Below are positions 57,289 to 64,000 of a DNA stretch of 64,000 bases, piece after piece. This DNA is from Patescibacteria group bacterium. GTDB lineage: Bacteria > Patescibacteriota > Microgenomatia > JAMCYU01. Where the stretch lies: the NCBI GenBank assembly GCA_023473585.1, contig JAMCYU010000009.1, positions 19,487 through 83,486 of the forward strand, in the 5' to 3' direction. Positions within the stretch are counted from its first letter, which is position 1; the number at the start of each line of letters is the position of its first letter. The notes under the pieces are model-generated. The model was not told where the DNA came from and did no database searches. It saw only the letters and a program-made list of their open reading frames with translations. Both the position numbers and the translations under genes were made by a program.

Positions 57289-58503
57289 TTAGTTTAATAC
57301 CCGTAGCACCTTCTTCAAACTTTTAACAAAAATATCAACTTCTTCGAGAGTGTTATAAAAATACAAAGAGGCTCGGACAGAACCTGCTATTTTCCGAGAG
57401 GCAAACCAGGAATGAACACAGTGTTGCCCAGAACGAACCATAATATTGACACTTTGATCAAGCATTATGGCTATTTGATGTGAATCAACTCCTTTGATAT
57501 AAAAAGAAATAATCCCACTTCGCAGGTTTGGATTTTGATCGCCTATAATCTTGAGTTTAGGAATGTTAACAATCTCATCGGTAATAAATTTATTAAGCAC
57601 CTGTTCCTGTCTAGTAATGGTTTCAAAACCCACGGTTTCCAAATACCTTACCGCCTCACCTAACCCGATAATGCCAGCGTAATCTTGGAGTCCTGCCTCA
57701 AACTTTTCAGGAGGCGGGAGAAATTCATGAGACTCATAAGTGGAGGACGAAACAGTATCTCCGCCAGCTAAAAATGGATCGAGCTTTTCTAGAAGGCGGT
57801 ATTTGCCATATAGAACACCTGTCCCCGACGGAGCTAGCATCTTATGACCCGAAAAGGCTAAAAAATCCACATCTAGGGCTTGTACATCAATTTTATGGTG
57901 TGGAACAGTCTGGGCAGCGTCTAAAAGCACTAGCGATCCCACCCCGTGAGCAATCTTTATCACATCAGAAGCAGGAATGGTCATTCCGTCCAAATTAGAG
58001 GTAAAACCCAAAGACACCAATTTAACCCGCTCATTCATCAAGCCCCTAAATGCCTCGAGGTCAAAAGTATTATTTTCTTTTGTAGGAGCAATTTTATACT
58101 CAATACCGATTTTTCTTTTCAAAACTTGCCATGGAATAAGATTAGAGTTATGCTCTTTGTCCGAGATTATAACTATATCACCCTGACGAAATCCTAGTGA
58201 ATGAGCAATCAGATTTATTCCTTCTGTAGTATTGCGAGTGAAGACAATTTCCTCCTTGCGCTTAGCGTTAATAAAACGAGCTACTGTTCTTCTTGTCTCG
58301 TCACACTTTTGGGTAACAGTTTCTGCTAAGCGGTGCATACTCCGTCCACCACAAGCAGAATAGCGTCGATAGTAGTCAGTAATGGCATTTATAACAGACT
58401 GGGGGCGTAAGCTCTGGCAGGCATTATCAAGATAGATAATAGGTTTATTGCCTAGACTTTCTTGAAGCAAGGGAAAATCTTGACGGATGCTCTTTATATT
58501 CAT
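57289..58503 (-). CDS. sufS: Cysteine desulfurase, SufS-type class V aminotransferase
   Basis: IRQDFPLL, YLDNA, EHNSN, DAAQ, FSGHKM and VRSGQHC. Confidence 0.85.
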   Translation of the reverse strand: MNIKSIRQDFPLLQESLGNKPIIYLDNACQSLRPQSVINAITDYYRRYSACGGRSMHRLAETVTQKCDETRRTVARFINAKRKEEIVFTRNTTEGINLIAHSLGFRQGDIVIISDKEHNSNLIPWQVLKRKIGIEYKIAPTKENNTFDLEAFRGLMNERVKLVSLGFTSNLDGMTIPASDVIKIAHGVGSLVLLDAAQTVPHHKIDVQALDVDFLAFSGHKMLAPSGTGVLYGKYRLLEKLDPFLAGGDTVSSSTYESHEFLPPPEKFEAGLQDYAGIIGLGEAVRYLETVGFETITRQEQVLNKFITDEIVNIPKLKIIGDQNPNLRSGIISFYIKGVDSHQIAIMLDQSVNIMVRSGQHCVHSWFASRKIAGSVRASLYFYNTLEEVDIFVKSLKKVLRVLN

Positions 58504-58544
58504 AGGTCGTTGATTGTAAATTGGGCTTGACGCTCATATTTTCA

Positions 58545-59285
58545 TTATTGCCCTAGAACTTTGTCAATTAAAGGTTTTACCTGTTCAAAAGGCAATGCTC
58601 CTCCAATAAACTCTTTCTTCCCATTCTTGCCAATAATGATTGTTCCTGGGGTTCCTTGAATCCCTGTCTTTACTCCACCTGCCATATCGTCCTTGACATG
58701 CTGGGCATATTTCCCGCTATCAAGACATTGTTTAAATTTATTACTGTCTAAGCCCAACTCTGAGGCAAGGGGAACCAGTTGATCAAGCGCAAACCCAGTG
58801 CCATTTGAGGTGGTTTTTTCATAAATTGCATCTGTATACTTCCAGAAGGCATCATTACCTCCTTGTTCGGCTGCGCATTCAGAAGCCTCTGATTCCTTTT
58901 GAGCGTTAGCATGGAATCCTAATGGGTATTGGCGATATACCCAAGCCACTTTATTACCATATTCTTTAACAACCTGTTGCATGGTTGAATGGAAACGCTT
59001 ACAGAAAGGACACTCAAAATCTGAGTATTCAACCAAAACCACATCAGCATTTTTATTGCCTAATATATGGTCTTTATCAGAAACAGGTGGAATAGCGTCT
59101 AAGTTTTGCTCAGGGACTTGTGGAGCTTGCTGTTTCGCCTGTTCACCTTTTACTTGAGCAATGGAGTCTCCTGAAACGACTTTCTTTTCCAGTGATTGAA
59201 CCCTAGTAAACAAATAACCAGAAAAAATAAATCCTACAATGACTAACAATATAAGAACTTTATTTGTGTTTTTCATAATCATCAT
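58545..59285 (-). CDS. DsbA family protein
   Basis: EYSDFECPFC, YPLGFH and GTPG. Confidence 0.9.
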   Translation of the reverse strand: MMIMKNTNKVLILLVIVGFIFSGYLFTRVQSLEKKVVSGDSIAQVKGEQAKQQAPQVPEQNLDAIPPVSDKDHILGNKNADVVLVEYSDFECPFCKRFHSTMQQVVKEYGNKVAWVYRQYPLGFHANAQKESEASECAAEQGGNDAFWKYTDAIYEKTTSNGTGFALDQLVPLASELGLDSNKFKQCLDSGKYAQHVKDDMAGGVKTGIQGTPGTIIIGKNGKKEFIGGALPFEQVKPLIDKVLGQ

Positions 59286-59300
59286 TTTAATTAATAATAA

Positions 59301-59319
59301 CTTCTACATATTGTAGAAG
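59301..59319. promoter_or_regulatory. Palindromic operator upstream of the DsbA gene
   Basis: CTTCTACA-TAT-TGTAGAAG, with a similar site at 62310-62328. Confidence 0.6.
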
Positions 59320-59335
59320 GTTGATTAACAAAAAG

Positions 59336-59452
59336 TCAATAGGTTTTACCAATAACAATCGGTGTAAATCCGTATTGCTTGAGAAAATACGCGAGTGTAC
59401 ATCCTGCGATGCCGCCGCCTGAAATGAGAACTCTTTTATTTATATTTTCCAT
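59336..59452 (-). pseudogene. N-terminal remnant of an FAD-dependent monooxygenase
   Basis: MENINKRVLISGGGIAGCTLAYFLKQYGFTPIVI Rossmann start, truncated at 38 aa. Confidence 0.75.
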
Positions 59453-59455
59453 CTA

Positions 59456-60355
59456 TTACATCCCCTCATCCGTTCGTTCATCGTGATGCGGGCCTTCTGT
59501 GAGTTCTGTTTCAATTGTTGCGTGCTCTGTATGAAATTTTTCAGACAGCATTTCTTTGATCCTTTCTTTTATTTCCATACTTTCCTTAAGCGTACTGTCT
59601 TTAATGATAAGATGACAGCTTAATGCTACGCTTGTTGTTGATAGCGCCCAAACGTGCAGGTCATCAAGTCCTGTTACTCCAGGCATCGCACAAATAGCTT
59701 GTTTAATTTTTGTAACATCAGTTCCCTCAGGAGTACCTTCAAGAAGGGCATGGAGCGCGTCCTTTACCACACTCCATCCACTGTACAAAAGCATGATACC
59801 GATAATGATACTGATAAACGGATCAATAAATGTTTTTCCGGTCAGAACAATAATTAGACCTGCAAAAAGCGCCCCAACTGAAGCAAGCGCATCCATAGCC
59901 ATATTCAAAAACGCACTTCGAATATTCAAATCACCGCGGCTTTTGAAAAAGAGATAGGCGATACTGCCGTTGATCAGAATGCCGACAAAGGCAACTATCA
60001 TAACAAGCCCACCCTCAACAGGTTGGGGATTCTGAAACCGTTTATACGCCTCTATAAAAATATAGACAGCTAACCCAAGTAGAATCAACGCGTTAATGAG
60101 TGCAGCCAACACGGTAGCCCTACCATACCCATATGTTTTATCAATGTTCGCTTCTCTTTTTGCAATTTTGGTTGCAAAAAATGAAACCAGAAGACTCATT
60201 GAATCAGTTAAGTTGTGTGTGGCATCAGAAACAAGTGCTAAACTGCCTGAAATAATCCCAATACCAAATTCAAAGATCGTAAAACCAGTATTAAAAATAA
60301 GACCAAGCTTGAGCTTGTTATCTAAATTAGTTGGTACCTCATGCGATCCACTCAT
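59456..60355 (-). CDS. Cation diffusion facilitator (CzcD/ZitB-like)
   Basis: SLALVSDATHNLTD, TYGYGR and DLHVW. Confidence 0.9.
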   Translation of the reverse strand: MSGSHEVPTNLDNKLKLGLIFNTGFTIFEFGIGIISGSLALVSDATHNLTDSMSLLVSFFATKIAKREANIDKTYGYGRATVLAALINALILLGLAVYIFIEAYKRFQNPQPVEGGLVMIVAFVGILINGSIAYLFFKSRGDLNIRSAFLNMAMDALASVGALFAGLIIVLTGKTFIDPFISIIIGIMLLYSGWSVVKDALHALLEGTPEGTDVTKIKQAICAMPGVTGLDDLHVWALSTTSVALSCHLIIKDSTLKESMEIKERIKEMLSEKFHTEHATIETELTEGPHHDERTDEGM

Positions 60356-60365
60356 ATGTTATTTT

Positions 60366-62279
60366 CTAGACTTTTTTCTGACCAAAATTAAATAACCTCA
60401 AACTGTTAACCACGACCAATACGGTTACCCCCACGTCTGCAAATATAGCCAGTACCAAACTGCTTTTACCAGCTAGTGCAAGAGAGAGGAAAAGAAGTTT
60501 TACACCAATTGCGGTTGCAGTATTATAACGGATTTTCTGAACAGATTTTCTACCCAACTCAACAAGGAAGGGAATAAGCGTCATGTTATTATTCATCAGA
60601 GCCACATCGGCATTCTCAATCGCTACATCAGAACCGATTGCTCCCATAGCGATGCCAACAGGAGCAGTAACCAACGAAGGAGCGTCATTCACGCCGTCTC
60701 CTACCATACCTACATGCTTATATTGACTAATAAGTTTTGACAATTCAGCTACCTTCTGGTCGGGGAGCAGTTCTGCTCTAACCTGCTTTATACCTATCTG
60801 CTCAGCAACAAAAAACGCCGAAGATTCGTTGTCACCCGTAAGAATGACTGGTTTAATTTTCATACGAGTTAAAGCGTTTATCATTAACTTGCTATCTTCC
60901 CTAATCTCGTCAGTAATACCTATAACCCCAGTTACCTTCTTATTGTCACTCATAATAACCGTCGTTTTCCCTTGTTTTTCAAATGCTTCAACTTGTTGAA
61001 TAACTTCATCTTCAACCGCATGCTCCTCGGTAATAAACTTAATATTGCCCATACAATGATGTTTATCGGTGCAGACTAAACAGTCGCCTCTCAATCCTTT
61101 TCCTGACACTGCTTCAAATTTGGTGAATTGATGAGGATTGAGATTATGCTTTTTAGCTTCTTCGATAACACTCAGGGCTAGTGGATGTTCGGAAAAAGAC
61201 TCTATCCCAGAAGCACAAGCCAGAACATCCATTTGGGTAAATCCATTAAAAGGCACGATGTCAGAAACCACGGGTTCTCCTTTAGTGAGCGTTCTTGTTT
61301 TATCAAAAGCAATCGCCCTTATTTTTCCTAATTCTTCAACAAACCTACCGCCCTTAATAATGACGCCCTTTTTAGTGGCGTTACCAATGGCAGAAAAAAT
61401 TGTAATAGGGGTCGAGATAACTAAGGCGCAAGGACAGGCAATAATGAGAAGAGTTAGTGATTGGGTAAACCAGGGCGTAAATGGCTCTCCGAGGAAACCA
61501 ACTGGCACCAGAACAAGAAGAAATGCGGCTACTATAACAAAAGGCGTGTAATAGGAAGCGAACTTCTCAATAAACTTTTGCGAATGAGACTTTTTCTCGG
61601 CTGAGCTGTAGGTTAAATCTATAATCTTGGAAAGTGTACTATCTTCTGCTGTTTTGGTGACCTGAATTTCCATATAACCATTCCCGTTAATTGTTCCCGC
61701 ATAAACAAAATCTCCTTCGTGCTTATTTTTAGGTAAAGGCTCGCCAGTTATTGTTGCCTCATCAACTAAAGACATTCCCATAATAACCTTACCATCAAGC
61801 GGGATTTGGTCACCTGGCTTTACTATGATCACATCACCGATCCCTATCTCCTTAACAGATGTCTTTCCTGTTTTACCCTTCACTTGGGCAGTTTTGGGAG
61901 TGTTGTCAACCAGTTCTTTCAATGCAGACTGACTCTGTTCTATCCCAAAGTCCTCTAAAGCATTTCCTAGAGCAAAAAGAACGACGATAATCACAGCCTC
62001 TTCCCATTCCTGAAGGTATACCGCCCCAGCGATAGCTATGGTCATTAAAAGATTAATGTCTGAAAACCGAAGATGCAAAAGACTGCGGATACCGCTAGTA
62101 AAGACAGCTCTACCGAAGATAATGATGAGAGTTATAAAAAGCGGCAGTTCGACCCATTTAGGTAAATGGGTTGAGAAAAAAGATAAAATCTCAAAAGGTA
62201 GAACTATCAAAAATGCTAACAACAGATACTTAAACTTCTTATTTTGTAAAAGCTCTCGATATTTTTCTAGATTTTTCAT
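60366..62279 (-). CDS. Heavy-metal P1B-type ATPase (CadA/ZntA-like)
   Basis: TGEP, CPCALVIS, DKTRTLT, SEHP and GDGVNDAP. Confidence 0.92.
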   Translation of the reverse strand: MKNLEKYRELLQNKKFKYLLLAFLIVLPFEILSFFSTHLPKWVELPLFITLIIIFGRAVFTSGIRSLLHLRFSDINLLMTIAIAGAVYLQEWEEAVIIVVLFALGNALEDFGIEQSQSALKELVDNTPKTAQVKGKTGKTSVKEIGIGDVIIVKPGDQIPLDGKVIMGMSLVDEATITGEPLPKNKHEGDFVYAGTINGNGYMEIQVTKTAEDSTLSKIIDLTYSSAEKKSHSQKFIEKFASYYTPFVIVAAFLLVLVPVGFLGEPFTPWFTQSLTLLIIACPCALVISTPITIFSAIGNATKKGVIIKGGRFVEELGKIRAIAFDKTRTLTKGEPVVSDIVPFNGFTQMDVLACASGIESFSEHPLALSVIEEAKKHNLNPHQFTKFEAVSGKGLRGDCLVCTDKHHCMGNIKFITEEHAVEDEVIQQVEAFEKQGKTTVIMSDNKKVTGVIGITDEIREDSKLMINALTRMKIKPVILTGDNESSAFFVAEQIGIKQVRAELLPDQKVAELSKLISQYKHVGMVGDGVNDAPSLVTAPVGIAMGAIGSDVAIENADVALMNNNMTLIPFLVELGRKSVQKIRYNTATAIGVKLLFLSLALAGKSSLVLAIFADVGVTVLVVVNSLRLFNFGQKKV

Positions 62280-62309
62280 ACAAATTAATATACTCTTGAA
62301 TTGGCTTGG

Positions 62310-62328
62310 TTTCTACAATTTGTAAAAA
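62310..62328. promoter_or_regulatory. Palindromic operator upstream of the P1B ATPase
   Basis: TTTCTACA-ATT-TGTAAAAA. Confidence 0.5.
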
Positions 62329-62390
62329 CACTTTTCTCATTATACGAAATTCCAAGCAAAACTTTAAGAGCTTTGTGCTTCTTTGCAGAT

Positions 62391-62433
62391 CGTAACGCCG
62401 TGTGTTGACCTGTGTGGGGCTTTCGTGCCTGGG
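62391..62433. repeat. Imperfect direct repeat, copy 2
   Basis: 34/43 ungapped identity to 56230-56272. Confidence 0.65.
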
Positions 62434-62497
62434 GTGGAAGGTTGGCCTTCGTTCGGATTCAGAAGCCTCGTTGGGGATGTGTTGAGGGAATTGAAGG

Positions 62498-62638
62498 TTA
62501 GTAACTACAATCTTTGATGTTTGCCCAGTCTATAGGTATTCCAGAGTTTACCCTATTCAGAACACAATCAGCTGTAATTATAAGCCATATTACGGCGATC
62601 ACTATAAACACAATAGCCACAACCCTCTGCTTTTTCAT
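62498..62638 (-). CDS. Small membrane peptide (46 aa)
   Basis: MKKQRVVAIVFIVIAVIWLIITADC...DCSY; below the ORF-track size cutoff. Confidence 0.4.
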   Translation of the reverse strand: MKKQRVVAIVFIVIAVIWLIITADCVLNRVNSGIPIDWANIKDCSY

Positions 62639-62665
62639 ACACACTTTTATTCTACGACAACTGCT

Positions 62666-62872
62666 TTAATTCTTGAAAAGCGATACGGTATTCCAATACT
62701 GAATCTCCTTGTTGCCGCTAATACTTATACGGATAGTTGGATACGACCAGGGTCTACCATCCAACCCTTCTGGTAATTTGTAACCTTTGTCTTCCCAGAA
62801 CCATTGGTGTAACTCACCGTTTGATTGGAGTGAATAAGTAAACTGTCCCCATATCTGATCAAGGTTTGGCAC
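62666..62872 (-). pseudogene. C-terminal fragment of an unknown protein
   Basis: The frame extends upstream (ENIALDYLKRAV) with no convincing start. Confidence 0.35.
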
Positions 62873-63070
62873 GGCTCGTTTCAGATAGTCCAGAGCGATA
62901 TTTTCTCTCTCTCCGGTGCTGATTCGGTTGGTCTTTCAGTATTGAACCATGAAAAAAGAGTCCGAAGAAAAGAGTTTGAAGTCCCTAACATCATCAACTC
63001 CTTAGATATTTGCATTATACCCAAATACTAATACCAAAAACCCATAAATGCAAAAAATAAGGTAGCAAAA

Positions 63071-64000
63071 TTGGAAGAAGAATTACTGAAGATACCAACG
63101 ACAGTAAAAGCTAAATCTGGAGGGACGGGCAGTTCCCCTCATCTAACATCTCCTATCGGAGAAGTACCTGGAGCTGGAGCCCGACTTCCCAGGTCTTCAG
63201 AACCTAAAAGTATTATACCACAAAATGTCAAATTGGCAAAAGACCTAGAGGACTTTCTCAATGGGAAGGTAAACGATTTAATGCCCAACCGACCAATGTA
63301 TAGGATTACTAAAGGAGGAAGGGGAGCGGGGGGGGCTAGTTCGGTCCTCCAAAAACAACCGAAGTCAACATTATCAAACCAAAGAGCAATAAAATTGCCA
63401 GCGGGGTCGCTAAAACTAGAACTACCATTTCAACAATCCACTTTGAATCAATCTTCATCCGTCCCGATTATATCACGGAATACAAGAGATATTTTGACTG
63501 GAGAGGGATTAAAGGAGAAGAAATTAGTAGGAAGATTAAAGACTAATGAAAAATACCCGACAGAGCTTAGGCAGATGCTAGAGGGTACTTACGTTCCGCA
63601 AAGCAATGCCCAAACAATCTCGAATGCCAAAAAACTAGTCAGGCTTGATCCGAATGCCGCCGAAGCAAGAGCCATGAATCCTCAAAACGCTGTTGATCAA
63701 GCTATCGGAGCGGAATTATTTAATTATCACATGGATAAAGGAAACGTTGCCAAAGCTAATGAGATTTTAAACGCCACCGCAGGAACAAACGAAGGACAAA
63801 TGATCCAGATTTTATCGCAGTACGACAAAACAACTCCTCAAGGAGCTATTAAATTCGCTCAAAATGCGGTTAAAGAATATAACAAAATTCACGTAGATCA
63901 ACCACTACAATTATCAGATACTACTATACAGGACATTTATAAAAAGGCTAAAAATATTCAAGTAATGCCAGAAGGCAGGGAAAGAAACATTGCCGCCAAC
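63071..64000 (+). CDS. Long open frame running off the right edge, phage large polyvalent/virion-protein-like
   Basis: Frame open from 63032 to 64000; YVPQSNAQTISNA and GQMIQILSQYDKTTPQGAIKFA. The function call is a resemblance only. Confidence 0.5.
   Translation, partial: MEEELLKIPTTVKAKSGGTGSSPHLTSPIGEVPGAGARLPRSSEPKSIIPQNVKLAKDLEDFLNGKVNDLMPNRPMYRITKGGRGAGGASSVLQKQPKSTLSNQRAIKLPAGSLKLELPFQQSTLNQSSSVPIISRNTRDILTGEGLKEKKLVGRLKTNEKYPTELRQMLEGTYVPQSNAQTISNAKKLVRLDPNAAEARAMNPQNAVDQAIGAELFNYHMDKGNVAKANEILNATAGTNEGQMIQILSQYDKTTPQGAIKFAQNAVKEYNKIHVDQPLQLSDTTIQDIYKKAKNIQVMPEGRERNIAAN

Noticed and set aside
1-64000. CRISPR array, rRNA, reverse transcriptase
   Set aside because: No repeat-spacer array, rRNA-like block or RT motif was seen. 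The short tandem arrays have no spacers.

Overview
A gene-dense chromosomal segment, genetic code 11, whose gene content suggests a Patescibacteria/CPR bacterium (Microgenomates-like): ATP-dependent ligase, archaeal-type UMP and CMP kinases, GapN, a stand-alone 5'-3' exonuclease, a VirD4/TraD-like ATPase, a cohesin/dockerin pair and many apparently leaderless genes. The taxonomy is an inference. Housekeeping blocks cover DNA repair, ftsH-trpS, three tRNAs, nrdR-nrdD-nrdG-cobO, a cobalamin-riboswitch operon and two class A PBPs. Accessory blocks include nested IS30 debris, an IS481 element with both ends intact, a surface-protein island, a metal-resistance cassette and a phage-like ORF at the right edge. 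Leads worth most attention: (1) a 6.2-11.8 kb cluster of split PPDK-type dikinase modules with no pyruvate-binding domain, next to a UMP kinase-methyltransferase fusion and a HAD nucleotidase; (2) many 7-bp-period micro-repeats sitting in frame inside housekeeping genes; (3) an NrdD intein at the catalytic Cys that looks Pro-initiated (class 3-like); (4) a tRNA-Ile(UAU) and a non-canonical initiator tRNA; (5) a 657-aa orphan directly under a B12 riboswitch attenuator; (6) a possible orphan DGR target. All calls come from reading motifs by eye; no database searches were run.
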